Position numbers and translations under genes: made by a program. Shown here piece by piece: positions 46,868-57,763 of a stretch of 64,000 nucleotides of DNA. Under the pieces are notes generated by a model. It ran no database searches. It had not been told where the DNA came from and saw nothing but the letters and a program-made list of their open reading frames with translations. Position 1 is the first letter of the stretch, and every line of letters starts with the position of its first letter. The DNA lies in assembly GCA_003523055.1 (NCBI GenBank), contig DPHC01000002.1, forward strand, positions 392,933-456,932, given 5' to 3'. The stretch is from Dehalococcoidia bacterium (lineage in GTDB: Bacteria > Chloroflexota > Dehalococcoidia > Lucifugimonadales > UBA3495).

Positions 46868-47569
46868 TCAGTCGAGAATCAAGTTCAAATCAAGCAACGT
46901 TTTTATAGTTTTACAGTCTCGATATTCTGGATGGAAGCTTTCACGATCAAGCAGTACAGCAGACATACCTACTGCTATAGCTCCTTGAACATCTGATCTA
47001 TATTGATCACCAACATGAAGTGAATTTTCAGGAGAAACGTTAAAAAGTTTAAAGGCATCGTGAAAAATTCTGGGGTCAGGTTTTTCATATCCTGCGTCTC
47101 TAGAATTAATAACTCCGTCTACGTATTGCTCTAATTTTAATTTGTGAAGCAGTGTTGGCATATCAGCCCGTAAGTTAGTAATAATTCCAATACTAATACC
47201 GTTATTTTGTATCTGTTTTAAGGCATTTATCGTATCGTCAAACAAAATAAATTCTTTGGGGATTTTTATAGCTTGCTCCCATATTTTTTTAGCAAGTTCC
47301 AAAGACACATTCAATCCTGCAGCGTTAAGTATGATTTTTTCATACTCTGCAAAAAAAGAGCTCCTCATCCCAGCTGACATAGTACTGATAGGATTAGTTT
47401 CATTTTGTTTATTAAAAAAAATGTCAGCAATTTGATATCCTTTTTTGATTTTTGATTCTTGTAATTCAAAACCAAATTTCAACCCAGCCTGCATTTGGAT
47501 ATAAGGCAATGGCGGCCAAAATTTAGCCAATGTGTTATAAAAATCAAAGAATATTACATTTTTTAGCAT
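46868..47569 (-). CDS. HAD-superfamily hydrolase (haloacid-dehalogenase-like subfamily)
   Basis: 233 aa. Motif I variant FFDFYNTL (DxYxT as in 2-haloacid dehalogenase-type enzymes), ITNL, and GDQYRSDVQGA (motif IV). Confidence 0.72.
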   Translation of the reverse strand: MLKNVIFFDFYNTLAKFWPPLPYIQMQAGLKFGFELQESKIKKGYQIADIFFNKQNETNPISTMSAGMRSSFFAEYEKIILNAAGLNVSLELAKKIWEQAIKIPKEFILFDDTINALKQIQNNGISIGIITNLRADMPTLLHKLKLEQYVDGVINSRDAGYEKPDPRIFHDAFKLFNVSPENSLHVGDQYRSDVQGAIAVGMSAVLLDRESFHPEYRDCKTIKTLLDLNLILD

Positions 47570-47668
47570 TTCTTTTATATATATGATATATAACTCAGTG
47601 TCAACGTGTGTTGCAATTATTACTAAATATTGGTTATCCTGAATTTAATAATATTAATGGGAAGTGTA

Positions 47669-48127
47669 ATGCGAATAGCTATAGGCTCAGATCACAACGG
47701 ATTCACGATAAAAAATAGCATACTCATACCTTGGCTACAATCACAAGGGCATCAAGTTGTTGATTCCGGGGCATTTGAATTTAATGCAGAGGACGATTAC
47801 CCTGACTTTGCAAAAAAAGTAGCTTTAAAGATCTCAACTCAACAAGCAGAAAGAGGAATAATTATATGCGGAAGCGGAGTAGGCGCAAGTATTACTGCGA
47901 ATAAAATTAATGGTATTCGGGCAGCTATATGCCACGACACATACAGTGCAAAACAAGGGGTCCAACATGATGACATGAACGTCATCTGCATCGGTTCAAA
48001 AATTGTAGGAGAGCAAATAATATATGACATTATAGAATCTTTCTTATCTGCACAATTCCAAGACTCCGAAGAAAGGTTCGTACGTAGATTGAATAAAGTT
48101 CTAGATATTGAGCAACAAAAACTTTAA
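47669..48127 (+). CDS. rpiB: Ribose-5-phosphate isomerase B (RpiB/LacAB family)
   Basis: MRIAIGSDHNG at the N-terminus, then ICGSGVGASITANK. The ORF track starts at 47630 (non-ATG start); the ATG at 47669 matches the family N-terminus. Confidence 0.88.
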   Translation: MRIAIGSDHNGFTIKNSILIPWLQSQGHQVVDSGAFEFNAEDDYPDFAKKVALKISTQQAERGIIICGSGVGASITANKINGIRAAICHDTYSAKQGVQHDDMNVICIGSKIVGEQIIYDIIESFLSAQFQDSEERFVRRLNKVLDIEQQKL

Positions 48128-48166
48128 TAACGTAACTTATAAAAATTTATAGGAATTGAGGACTAA

Positions 48167-48958
48167 ATGTTCGTACGCAGAAATTTAACGGATTTTGTAG
48201 AGACTCGGGCAGGATCACTTTACTTCGAAAAATCTGGTAAAGGCTTTCCCTTAGTGTTATTGCACCCGTTAGGAATGTCCACATGGGTCTGGGAAGCAAT
48301 TCGTGGAGGCTTGAGTGAACAATTCACAGTTTATGCTTTCGACATGCTGGGTCATGGTAAGTCAGATAAACCTAAACATGAATTCAGCATTTCTGATTAT
48401 GCAGAATCATTAGATGACGCATGCCAAGTCTTAAACATCCACAGAGCACATTTTATAGGCAATTCAGTAGGGGCTTGTTTGGCCATTGAAATGGCATCCA
48501 GGTATCCTGATCGTGTTGACAAATTAGTATTAGTAGGTTGCCCTGTATGGAACATATCGGAGAGTGAAGAAAGAATTAAAGCTTTTCAATTTGATTTTGA
48601 CGATGCTGGACTCCCCAAACCTCGGACATTGCAAGAACTCAAAGAAAAATCTACATTTGCTAACCCAACTGAACAATTACTACTATCAGTCAATCAATCA
48701 AGATTACAGGCAGGAATATGGGTTAAAAACCTCTCCACCGCGTTAGCATATTATGATGTTTATTCTAAATTAAACTTAGTCAATGCAAGTAAAACTTTAA
48801 TATTATATGGGGAAGCAGATAGGTTATTACCAGCAGCCCCTATTTTAAAACACAACATTATCAGGTCTTTATCAATCACCATTCCTGGCGTAGGGCATGT
48901 TCCTCAAGTAGAGAATCCTGGGGCATTTACAAACATCCTGAATGAGTTTTTACAGTAA
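48167..48958 (+). CDS. Alpha/beta-fold hydrolase
   Basis: 263 aa. Contains LLHPLGMS (oxyanion region), the nucleophile elbow GNSVGA and a C-terminal GHVPQVENP. Confidence 0.8.
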   Translation: MFVRRNLTDFVETRAGSLYFEKSGKGFPLVLLHPLGMSTWVWEAIRGGLSEQFTVYAFDMLGHGKSDKPKHEFSISDYAESLDDACQVLNIHRAHFIGNSVGACLAIEMASRYPDRVDKLVLVGCPVWNISESEERIKAFQFDFDDAGLPKPRTLQELKEKSTFANPTEQLLLSVNQSRLQAGIWVKNLSTALAYYDVYSKLNLVNASKTLILYGEADRLLPAAPILKHNIIRSLSITIPGVGHVPQVENPGAFTNILNEFLQ

Positions 48959-48973
48959 ATTAACCTGCTAGCC

Positions 48974-50092
48974 TTACATTTTTGATGCCAGTTTAGATTT
49001 TTTCTTGAAGTGAGGTATTACGTATTTGTCAAAAAGTCTGAGAGTCTCCATAACTTCTTGATGAGAAACTGGCCCAACCTGGAATAATGGCATGATTTCA
49101 TCTATTCCTAAAGATTCATATTTTTCGAGGTATTTTATGCAATCATCTGGGTCACCCATACAGAATCTATCACCCTCATTCAAAAGATCCATCGATGTAA
49201 CTTCATCTTTTCGGGCGGTATCAATCTTGGTAGCTCTATCATAATGCCACTTGTAATCTTCAGGGACATCAGAAGCAGAATATCCTTCCCATACCTTTGA
49301 ATCTCTCACTTTCTGTTGATACCTGTACCAATCTATAAGTTCAGCGCTACGTTCTTTTGCCTTTTTACCATCCTCCGAACAATAAGCTACTGTGCTTCCT
49401 GAAATTTTGTTTGTGATAACTTTACTAATTGGGTTAGGAGACAAGCTAGCCTTACGGTAAATTTCAATTAATTTTTCTGTTCGGTCTATACCGATACTGG
49501 TTTGCGTTAAGCATCCTAATCCTTGAGTACCCGCTTTTTCGAATGTGAGTTCTTGAGAACAAGCTTGCCAAATGGGAGGGTGCGGGCTTTGCACTGGCTT
49601 TGGAATTACTTCTCTTTCTCCTATATTGAAGTAATTACCTTGGTATGAAAAAACTTCATCAGTCCAAGCCTTTGGAATTATATCAAGGGTTTCTTCTACG
49701 ATATTTGTAGCATCTTTCAAATCTCTATCAAATGGTAACATTTGATAAGGATATCCAGATCTGCCAATACCTACATCCACTCTACCATGGCTCAATATAT
49801 CTAACGTAGCCATTCTAACTGCAGTATGTAAAGGGTGATGTAATGGTGGCAAAACTGCAGCTATACCTAGTCTTATGTTTTGTGTTCTTTGGCTTATAGC
49901 TGCCAATGCTAAATCTGGCGCGCTCGCATGGGACCATTCTGATCTAAAATGATGTTCAACAAACCAGACCGTACTCATTCCAATTTCATCTGCGTATGAA
50001 ACTTGCTCCAACATTTGGTGATACTTCTCCGATTCACTCTCACTATTCCAAGGTTTCGGAACTTGTATTTGATAAAAAAGCCCTATATCCAT
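48974..50092 (-). CDS. LLM-class (luciferase-like) flavin-dependent oxidoreductase/monooxygenase
   Basis: 372 aa. N-terminal pattern YADEIGMSTVWFVEHHF and LDILSHGRVDVGIGRS, typical of luciferase-like monooxygenases. Confidence 0.85.
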   Translation of the reverse strand: MDIGLFYQIQVPKPWNSESESEKYHQMLEQVSYADEIGMSTVWFVEHHFRSEWSHASAPDLALAAISQRTQNIRLGIAAVLPPLHHPLHTAVRMATLDILSHGRVDVGIGRSGYPYQMLPFDRDLKDATNIVEETLDIIPKAWTDEVFSYQGNYFNIGEREVIPKPVQSPHPPIWQACSQELTFEKAGTQGLGCLTQTSIGIDRTEKLIEIYRKASLSPNPISKVITNKISGSTVAYCSEDGKKAKERSAELIDWYRYQQKVRDSKVWEGYSASDVPEDYKWHYDRATKIDTARKDEVTSMDLLNEGDRFCMGDPDDCIKYLEKYESLGIDEIMPLFQVGPVSHQEVMETLRLFDKYVIPHFKKKSKLASKM

Positions 50093-50103
50093 ATGATTTC
50101 CTC

Positions 50104-50988
50104 CTATTTAATCCGTACATATTTATCTACTGACTTTTCCGCAGTCAGAGCAAGATAAATATCTCCGTTTAGATCAACCCATGATCCATGAGCTGATCTA
50201 CATGGCCATCGTGATAATACTTCTCCTGATTTAGACAAAATACTAAACTGAGGAGGGTTCTCGCCTTCAGGTCGTTCACTTATATAAAATAAACCGTCTG
50301 AATCACATGAAATATCCAGTGGCCTTTGCATGTCTGTCCACATATCCAGATATTCTCCTTCTGGAGAAAAAATCTGTATTCTACTGTTTTCTCTGTCGCA
50401 TAAATAAATGTTTTGATCTTGACCTATGATCAAACTGTGAGGCAAATGGAATTCCATAGGGTCTATTTTCCCTGGTTTCCCCCAAGATTTAACCAATTGA
50501 CCGTCAGATGTAAATCTATGAATTCTAGCGTTTCCATAACCATCAGATATGTAATAATCTCCATTGGGATGTGGAACTATTTCTGTAGGCAAATTAAATG
50601 GGCCAGCAGATCTAGTCAAAAGCTGTCCTGGAAATTCGCATCCCGTGTCAGAAGCCACCCCATGTTGCCCTATTATTTGGAGAGGTTTGCCATCTAATGT
50701 GAATTTCAAAGCTACTTGGCCTTCTCGGTCAGTAATATATACCAGATCGTTCTCGATATATATCCCATGAGGACTAACAAAGTTACCATCTCCCCAAGAA
50801 TTTAGAAAAACACCGGTTGAATCAAAAACTAACACTGGCGGGTCTTTTCTTTGAAATACGTATACCCTGTTTAAAGAATCTGTAGCTACTGCACTAACAG
50901 TTCCAAATGTTTGTCCTTCTGGCAAAATAGCCCAATCTTTTTGATAAGTGTATGTGAAAGAGCCTTGTCCCACAATATTTTCAGCCAT
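50104..50988 (-). CDS. NHL-repeat six-bladed beta-propeller protein (PAL/lactonase-like)
   Basis: 294 aa with repeated blades, for example PHGIYIENDLVYITDREG, PNGDYYISDGYGNARIHRF and NIYLCDRENSRIQIF. Confidence 0.7.
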   Translation of the reverse strand: MAENIVGQGSFTYTYQKDWAILPEGQTFGTVSAVATDSLNRVYVFQRKDPPVLVFDSTGVFLNSWGDGNFVSPHGIYIENDLVYITDREGQVALKFTLDGKPLQIIGQHGVASDTGCEFPGQLLTRSAGPFNLPTEIVPHPNGDYYISDGYGNARIHRFTSDGQLVKSWGKPGKIDPMEFHLPHSLIIGQDQNIYLCDRENSRIQIFSPEGEYLDMWTDMQRPLDISCDSDGLFYISERPEGENPPQFSILSKSGEVLSRWPCRSAHGSWVDLNGDIYLALTAEKSVDKYVRIK

Positions 50989-51003
50989 TGTTACTCCTTT
51001 TTA

Positions 51004-52074
51004 TTATCTGTATCCATTGAATAGAGATCTCACTGTTGAAAGAACTCTTTCAACATTAGGTACATACTGATCTTCTAAAATACGGCTATAGGGAACAGGA
51101 GTATGTGGTGCAGTGACTTTGGATGGCGGAGCATCCAAATAATCAAATGCTTCTTCAGCAACTCTAGAACATATGTCAGAGGCTATACTACATACTGGAG
51201 TATCTTCATCTACAACCACTACTGCATGAGTTTTCTTAACTGATTCAATGATATGGTCATAATCTATTGGAGATATACTTAATAAATCGATTACTTCAGC
51301 TTCAATTCCAATTTCTGATAACTGTTTAGCCACTTCAGTGCACACCCAAGTCATTTTAGAAATACCTACTAATGTTATATCATTGCCGTTCCTCACAGTA
51401 CGGGCTTTCCCTAATGGCAATACATAGGAATCTTCAGGTACTAAACCAGGTTCTGTATATAGCCCTTTATGTTCAAAATATATAACTGGGTCATTATCTC
51501 GTATCGCAGCCGTTAGTAATCCTTTTGCAGTATATGCGTCAGACGGGACTACTCCCTTTAATCCAGGCATATGACTAAACAATGAATAATATGATGCAGA
51601 ATGCTGAGCAGCACTTCCAAATCCTGCTCCTATTCTAGTTAGCATAGTAAATGGAACATCCACTTGACCACCAAACATATATCTCATCTTAGCCGCATTA
51701 TTAATTAATTGATCCCAACACACTCCCATAAAATCCACAAACATAAGCTCTGCGATCACTCTAAGGCCAGTTGAGGAAGCTCCTATGGCTGCTCCCATAA
51801 AACCCGCTTCTGATAATGGAGTATCCAGTACTCTTTCATTTCCGAATTCTTGTATCAACCCAACTGTAGTCCTAAATGGACCACCCCACGCATCTACTAT
51901 ACCCAAATGCTCTCGACCGGCTCCTCCAGCAATTTCTTCTCCCATGATAATTACGTTTTCATCCGCTCTCATTTCTTGACGTAGTGCTTCATTGATTGCT
52001 TCACGATATAGTATTTCTCTTCCTATAGTAGGTATCATTTCAACCATTAAGTTCTCCTTATTTCCAGTATTCAC
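51004..52074 (-). CDS. 2-oxoacid (pyruvate/acetoin/branched-chain) dehydrogenase E1 component, beta subunit
   Basis: 356 aa with a transketolase-like pyrimidine-binding and C-terminal domain pattern (DTPLSEAGFMGAAIGAS, FEHKGLY). Follows E1 alpha by 8 nt. Confidence 0.9.
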   Translation of the reverse strand: MNTGNKENLMVEMIPTIGREILYREAINEALRQEMRADENVIIMGEEIAGGAGREHLGIVDAWGGPFRTTVGLIQEFGNERVLDTPLSEAGFMGAAIGASSTGLRVIAELMFVDFMGVCWDQLINNAAKMRYMFGGQVDVPFTMLTRIGAGFGSAAQHSASYYSLFSHMPGLKGVVPSDAYTAKGLLTAAIRDNDPVIYFEHKGLYTEPGLVPEDSYVLPLGKARTVRNGNDITLVGISKMTWVCTEVAKQLSEIGIEAEVIDLLSISPIDYDHIIESVKKTHAVVVVDEDTPVCSIASDICSRVAEEAFDYLDAPPSKVTAPHTPVPYSRILEDQYVPNVERVLSTVRSLFNGYR

Positions 52075-52082
52075 AATTCAAA

Positions 52083-53090
52083 TTATATGGACATATTAGT
52101 GCCGCGTTTCATCATCGACAGTGGATAATCATCGTATACATCAGTATAAAGGTCATTCAATTCGGGGAGAGGGCTATTATCTGCGTAGGATACCGCTTCT
52201 TCCATTTGTTGCTCGCAAGCCAAATCAATATCATTCAATTCTTCTTCTGTAATAGAGCCTTCAGGAATTACTTTTTCTCTAAAAAGCTTCAAAGGATCTC
52301 TAGATTTATAATAGTCTTCCTCTTCTGAAGATCTATAAGTTAACGGGTTATCAAAAACAGTATGCCCGTAATATCTATAAGTCTTACATTCCAATAAAGA
52401 AGGTCCTTCTCCTGACCTAGCACGTTCTATAGCAAGAGCGGCTGCTTCATAAACAGCAAAAACATCCATTCCGTCAACATTAAATCCTGGCATGTCGTAT
52501 GCTGCTGCTCTGTCTGATATTGCAGCGATTGAAGAAGCATATTCAAATGGAGTTGATTCGGCATAACCGTTATTTTCACAACAAAATATCACTGGCAATT
52601 TCCACACAGCTGCCAAATTCATTGATTCATGTAGCACTCCTTGGTTAGCTGCCCCATCACCAAAAAAGGCTACAGCGACTCTTCCCAATTTTTTAGTTTT
52701 GGAAGTCAACGCTGCTCCAACCGCCAAAGGTATACTTGCTGCCACTACTCCATTGGTACCTAACATTCCTTTAGTCATATCTGCTATATGCATAGACCCT
52801 CCTTTGCCTTTATTAGGACCAGTTGATCGACCAAACAATTCTGCCATCATTTTTTTAGGATCCACTCCTTTAGCAATGCAGTGGCCATGCCCCCTATGCG
52901 TACTTCCAATGTAATCGTCATTTGTTAAGTGAGCACAAACACCAGCGGGCACCGCTTCCTGCCCTACTGAGGAATGTACAGAGGCAGACATCCCTCGTTG
53001 CCCTGTTTCCGGTATTCCACGTTCTTCAAAATGCCTGATAGTCGACATAGTGGTATACAAGTTTAATAATCCTTCTCTATTTAGTTCCAT
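52083..53090 (-). CDS. 2-oxoacid dehydrogenase E1 component, alpha subunit (TPP-binding)
   Basis: 335 aa. TPP motif region FFGDGAANQGVLHESMNLAAVWKLPVIFCCENNGY. Confidence 0.9.
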   Translation of the reverse strand: MELNREGLLNLYTTMSTIRHFEERGIPETGQRGMSASVHSSVGQEAVPAGVCAHLTNDDYIGSTHRGHGHCIAKGVDPKKMMAELFGRSTGPNKGKGGSMHIADMTKGMLGTNGVVAASIPLAVGAALTSKTKKLGRVAVAFFGDGAANQGVLHESMNLAAVWKLPVIFCCENNGYAESTPFEYASSIAAISDRAAAYDMPGFNVDGMDVFAVYEAAALAIERARSGEGPSLLECKTYRYYGHTVFDNPLTYRSSEEEDYYKSRDPLKLFREKVIPEGSITEEELNDIDLACEQQMEEAVSYADNSPLPELNDLYTDVYDDYPLSMMKRGTNMSI

Positions 53091-53131
53091 ATCGTCTCCA
53101 AAATTGTATTATCCCATTTCATAATTCGCTC

Positions 53132-53968
53132 TTAGCCTTGCTTCGTGTATTCTACCTTTATTTCATCACCAACAACAATTCCAATTTCTTTTGCAGCGCT
53201 AACACTATATTTAGAAATTTCTAAATACCCATGACTTCCTATTAATGCTGTAAAAGGATCATTTGAGTTGCTGTTTTGAAAAGTCGAAGCTATTTTTGAA
53301 ATTTTTTGTTTTGCTACTTCGATGTTAGTGATTTTGTCTTCATTAATCAATCCACTGTGTATATTAGAAATCAAATTACCAAATCTATCGCAATACACAA
53401 TTGAGCCAATAATAGACTGCTCTTCAATCAAAGGCGTAGGTAATGGTGAATATTTTAGTTTTTTTATTTCAGTTCCATAAACAGAAGGATCCAGTGTCTG
53501 ATTGAGCAATACTGCTATAGGAGCAATAATATCTCTACCATGAAAGGTATTACTTACAGGGTTCATCCAAAATTCTTTTCGATCCAATGCAAAAGCTTTA
53601 CAGGATTTTGGTACATTAATTAATCCATATTGCGCATCTGTGCCCAATTCAGAGTATTTTTTGATTATTTCACTTAAAACTCCATTATCGGGCCCTATAA
53701 AACAACCGCCTGGAGTTTGTAATATTACTATCCGCCTATCAGTTCCTACTCCAGGATCTACAATTATTATATGAATTGCATTCTCATTAAAATATTCATA
53801 ACTACATCTAGTTAGAAATTTAGCCTGATCAATATTTTGAGGTTCAATATCGTGAGTTATATCAATTATTTGCGCAAGTGGGTCTTTAGTAAGCATCACA
53901 CTTTTCATGACTCCTACGTAATGATCAAGAGTACCAAAGTCGGTCATCAGTGATAGTATGCCTGGCAT
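53132..53968 (-). CDS. SAM hydroxide adenosyltransferase / SAM hydrolase (DUF62, chlorinase-fluorinase family)
   Basis: 278 aa. N-terminal LMTDFGTLDHYVGVMKSV and IIVDPGVGT, typical of DUF62. Confidence 0.8.
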   Translation of the reverse strand: MPGILSLMTDFGTLDHYVGVMKSVMLTKDPLAQIIDITHDIEPQNIDQAKFLTRCSYEYFNENAIHIIIVDPGVGTDRRIVILQTPGGCFIGPDNGVLSEIIKKYSELGTDAQYGLINVPKSCKAFALDRKEFWMNPVSNTFHGRDIIAPIAVLLNQTLDPSVYGTEIKKLKYSPLPTPLIEEQSIIGSIVYCDRFGNLISNIHSGLINEDKITNIEVAKQKISKIASTFQNSNSNDPFTALIGSHGYLEISKYSVSAAKEIGIVVGDEIKVEYTKQG

Positions 53969-53996
53969 TACGGCTCACCTTGAATTTTAAATATTG

Positions 53997-54209
53997 TTAA
54001 GAAAGACGGACACTTATTATGGATACTATTAAGAATAACACCGCTAATATTATCGTGAATTGAAACATAACCTTTTCTAGGCCTCGTCTGCTTCTGATAG
54101 TGCCCTGTGGCCCTCCAAAAACGCCACCACCAGATTCTCTAACTTGCATTAGAATCACGGCAATGATCAAAACGGATATTAATATTTGAGATATATTTAA
54201 ATAAGTCAT
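53997..54209 (-). CDS. secG: Preprotein translocase subunit SecG
   Basis: 70 aa, two TM helices separated by the Gly-rich loop LMQVRESGGGVFGG. Confidence 0.82.
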   Translation of the reverse strand: MTYLNISQILISVLIIAVILMQVRESGGGVFGGPQGTIRSRRGLEKVMFQFTIILAVLFLIVSIISVRLS

Positions 54210-54224
54210 TTTTAGTCCTTGTTA

Positions 54225-55679
54225 TTACTTTGACAACATTTCCAAAAGTATCGTAGATACCAAATCTGGCTTAGCTTGTCCTTTAGTTTCTTTCATCACT
54301 TGACCCACTAAAAATTTGGAAGCCGACTCTTTCCCTGTGTTGTAATCTTCCACAGCTTTCGGATTCTCATCTACGATTTTCTTTATAGTATTAACTAATA
54401 CATCGGGATCAGAAATAACAGAATAATTATTATTTTTCACTATTATATCTGGTTTTTGTTTTTTTGAATAACATTCAGACAGTACTGTCTTAGACAATGA
54501 TAAATTTATAGTGCCATTTTGAATCATTTGAATTAAATTGGACACATATGAAGGAGGCAATGAGCAAGACAAGAAATCTTCATTAGCTTCTTTCAATAAA
54601 GCCGTCATATCTCCTAAAATTATGTTCGCTGTGGTTTTCACTGCAGAGTTATTTATGTTTTCAATACCTTCCAGCACAGATTCAAAATAGTCAGCCATAG
54701 GTTTGTCTGAAATCAAAACACCTGCATCATACTCTGACAAACCCAGTTCACATATGAATCTTTTGTTGCGTAACCTAGGCAATTCTGGCATCAAGGCAGA
54801 CAGTTTATTTACTAATTCAATTGTTATATTCAATGGTGGCAAATCAGGTTCCGGAAAGTATCTATAATCATGAGCTTGCTCTTTACTTCTCTGAGAGGAA
54901 GTAATCTGTTTGTCATCAACCCATCCCCTAGTTTCTTGAACTACTGTACCGCCAGATTCCACAACTTTAATTTGTCTATCTCTTTCATATTCAATAGCTT
55001 GAACAACTGCCTTAAAGCTATTCATGTTTTTAACTTCTGTTCTTGTAGTTAGTTCTGTGGTTCCTTTAGGGCGGACGCTTACATTTGCATCACACCGAAA
55101 ATTGCCATCTTGCATATTCGCCTTAGATACTCCTAGATATTGAACTATTGCGTGCAAATTTTGCAGATATTGTCGTGCCTCTTCTGAAGACCTCATATCC
55201 GGTTCTGATACTATTTCCATCAATGCTACGCCTGCTCGGTTCACATCTACGACAGAATACGAACCTGTATTATCAGTAATATGAGTCAGTTTAGCTACAT
55301 CTTCCTCTAGGTGAATTCTAGTGATGTTTACGATTTTAATTCTTCCATTTGATTCTATTTCTAGGGCGCCGGCTAGGGCTAACGGTTTGTCGAATTGTGA
55401 AATTTGGTAACCTTTCATAAGGTCTGGATAAGGGTAATTTTTTCTATCAAATTTTGTGTATTCAGGTATAACACAGTTAAGAGCTAGCCCTGTTAATATC
55501 GTGTACTCTACTGCTTTGCCATTTATTTGTGGCAATGAACCTGGCAATCCTAAACATATTGGGCAGACTCTGGAGTTTGGATCTGCTAATTGATAGTCAG
55601 AACCACACGAGCAAAACATTTTACTTACTGTGTCCAATTGCACATGAACTTCTAATCCTATGACTGTTTCGTAATCCAT
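54225..55679 (-). CDS. gatB: Asp-tRNA(Asn)/Glu-tRNA(Gln) amidotransferase subunit B
   Basis: 484 aa. N-terminal YETVIGLEVHVQL, then DANVSVR and a C-terminal YqeY-like tail. Confidence 0.95.
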   Translation of the reverse strand: MDYETVIGLEVHVQLDTVSKMFCSCGSDYQLADPNSRVCPICLGLPGSLPQINGKAVEYTILTGLALNCVIPEYTKFDRKNYPYPDLMKGYQISQFDKPLALAGALEIESNGRIKIVNITRIHLEEDVAKLTHITDNTGSYSVVDVNRAGVALMEIVSEPDMRSSEEARQYLQNLHAIVQYLGVSKANMQDGNFRCDANVSVRPKGTTELTTRTEVKNMNSFKAVVQAIEYERDRQIKVVESGGTVVQETRGWVDDKQITSSQRSKEQAHDYRYFPEPDLPPLNITIELVNKLSALMPELPRLRNKRFICELGLSEYDAGVLISDKPMADYFESVLEGIENINNSAVKTTANIILGDMTALLKEANEDFLSCSLPPSYVSNLIQMIQNGTINLSLSKTVLSECYSKKQKPDIIVKNNNYSVISDPDVLVNTIKKIVDENPKAVEDYNTGKESASKFLVGQVMKETKGQAKPDLVSTILLEMLSK

Positions 55680-55682
55680 TGG

Positions 55683-57635
55683 TTATTCATCATCTCCATA
55701 TTGAACCTTCAATGACTCTACTACGGCTGGATCTGCTAATGTAGTAGTGTCTCCCAAAGTGCGACCTTCAGCTACATCACGTAATAATCGACGCATAATT
55801 TTACCACTACGAGTTTTAGGAAGTTCAGCAGCGAAATATATATCATCCGGCCTAGCCATTGGTCCAATTTTTGAAGCAACATGTTGCTTCAATTCAACTA
55901 TTAATTCTTCAGATCTTTCTATACCATCTTTTATGGTCACAAATGCAACTATAGCTTGCCCTTTAACATCATGGCTCTTACCGATACAAGCTGCCTCTGC
56001 AACTTTAGAATTATCAACCAGAGCGCTTTCTACTTCCATAGTGCTTATTCTATGGGCAGACACATTAATTACATCATCAACTCGCCCTAAAAGCCAGAAA
56101 TATCCTTCGTTATCTAATTTAGCACCATCTGAAGTGAAATACTGGCCCGGGTATTTTGACCAATATTGCTCGACAAACCTTTCACGATCACCATAAATAC
56201 CACGTAACATTGAAGGCCATGGCTGTTTCACTACAAGGTATCCGCCGCCGCCTGGGCCAACAATATTGCCTTTTTCATCCACTATTTCTGCGTCTATACC
56301 GGGGAATGCCTGAGTAGCGCTTCCTGGCTTTAAAGTAGTAATACCAGGTAAAGGGCTTATCATTATTGATCCAGTTTCAGTTTGCCACCAAGTATCTACA
56401 ACTGGGCATTTACTTGCTCCAATATTCTTCCAATACCATACCCACGCTTCTGGGTTAATAGGCTCACCAACGGATCCTAACAATCTCAAAGTGGACATAT
56501 CATGTTTGGCGGGGTATTCCTCTCCCCATCGCATAAATGTTCTAATAGCCGTAGGCGCAGTATACAATATGGTAACACCATATTTTTCAACTATACTCCA
56601 AAATCTATCTTTGTCAGGATAATCTGGAGAACCTTCATACATTACTTGCGTTGCACCATTTGCTAACGGTCCATAAGTTATATAACTGTGTCCCGTTATC
56701 CAACCACAATCAGCGGTGCACCAATAGACGTCTTCATCTTTAATATCGAATACCCATTTGGTAGTGGCATAGGTACCTACTAAGTAACCTCCAGTAGTAT
56801 GAACGATACCTTTAGGTTTTCCGGTAGTTCCGCTTGTGTACAACATGAACAACATATCTTCGCTGTCCATTTGTTCTGGCTCACAATTAGCAGATTGATT
56901 GTCTATTAAATCGTGCCACCAGACATCTCTACCAGGTACCATACGATCATCTGCATGCTCTGTGCGTCTAACAACAAGTATTTTTTCAACAGGGCTCGAA
57001 TCATCTACTGCATTATCAACATTTTGCTTTAAATCCAAAATGTTACCTCGTCTGTATCCTCCATCTGCAGTAATAATTACTTTAGATTGGGAATCCTGAA
57101 CCCGGTCTTTTATTGAATCTGCGCTGAATCCACCAAATATAACACTGTGGGGAGCTCCAATTCTTGCGCAAGCCAACATAGAAATTACCAATTCAGGAAC
57201 CATTGGCAAATATATGGTAACGCGATCTCCTTTCCTAACACCTAAGGATTTCAGACCATTAGCGCATTTAGAAACTTCTCTATATAAATCCCAATATGTG
57301 TAAATCTTCCAGTCTCCAGGTTCACCTTCCCATATCAATGCCGCCTTATTACGCTTTGAAGTTTTCACATGTCTATCAACGCAATTGTAAGATACATTTA
57401 ATTTGCCATTTAAGAACCATTTTGCGTCTGGGGGATTCCACTCCAACACTTGATCCCATTTTTTGAACCAATCAATTTCTTCTGCGAATCCTGCCCAAAA
57501 TTTTTCTGGATCGTCTTTTGCCATTTTATATATGTCAGAGTTTGACATATTAGAATTTGCAATAAATTCAGCAGATGGAGGAAAGGTTCTGTCTTCTTGT
57601 AATAGAGCGTCAATGCCGCCGTCATTGGTAGTCAT
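55683..57635 (-). CDS. acs: Acetyl-CoA synthetase (AMP-forming)
   Basis: 650 aa. AMP-binding motif [11 protein letters not shown] and the TWWQTETG Acs signature. Confidence 0.95.
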   Translation of the reverse strand: MTTNDGGIDALLQEDRTFPPSAEFIANSNMSNSDIYKMAKDDPEKFWAGFAEEIDWFKKWDQVLEWNPPDAKWFLNGKLNVSYNCVDRHVKTSKRNKAALIWEGEPGDWKIYTYWDLYREVSKCANGLKSLGVRKGDRVTIYLPMVPELVISMLACARIGAPHSVIFGGFSADSIKDRVQDSQSKVIITADGGYRRGNILDLKQNVDNAVDDSSPVEKILVVRRTEHADDRMVPGRDVWWHDLIDNQSANCEPEQMDSEDMLFMLYTSGTTGKPKGIVHTTGGYLVGTYATTKWVFDIKDEDVYWCTADCGWITGHSYITYGPLANGATQVMYEGSPDYPDKDRFWSIVEKYGVTILYTAPTAIRTFMRWGEEYPAKHDMSTLRLLGSVGEPINPEAWVWYWKNIGASKCPVVDTWWQTETGSIMISPLPGITTLKPGSATQAFPGIDAEIVDEKGNIVGPGGGGYLVVKQPWPSMLRGIYGDRERFVEQYWSKYPGQYFTSDGAKLDNEGYFWLLGRVDDVINVSAHRISTMEVESALVDNSKVAEAACIGKSHDVKGQAIVAFVTIKDGIERSEELIVELKQHVASKIGPMARPDDIYFAAELPKTRSGKIMRRLLRDVAEGRTLGDTTTLADPAVVESLKVQYGDDE

Positions 57636-57763
57636 AATTTTTCTCCGACTATAAGTTTTAAGTTAATTATATTATTTAACCAATTATAATTGAAAATGAA
57701 GCTGATTATCATCTTCTAAGTCATTATATTATCTTTAATAATGCAGGTACATGCTAGGTAGTT

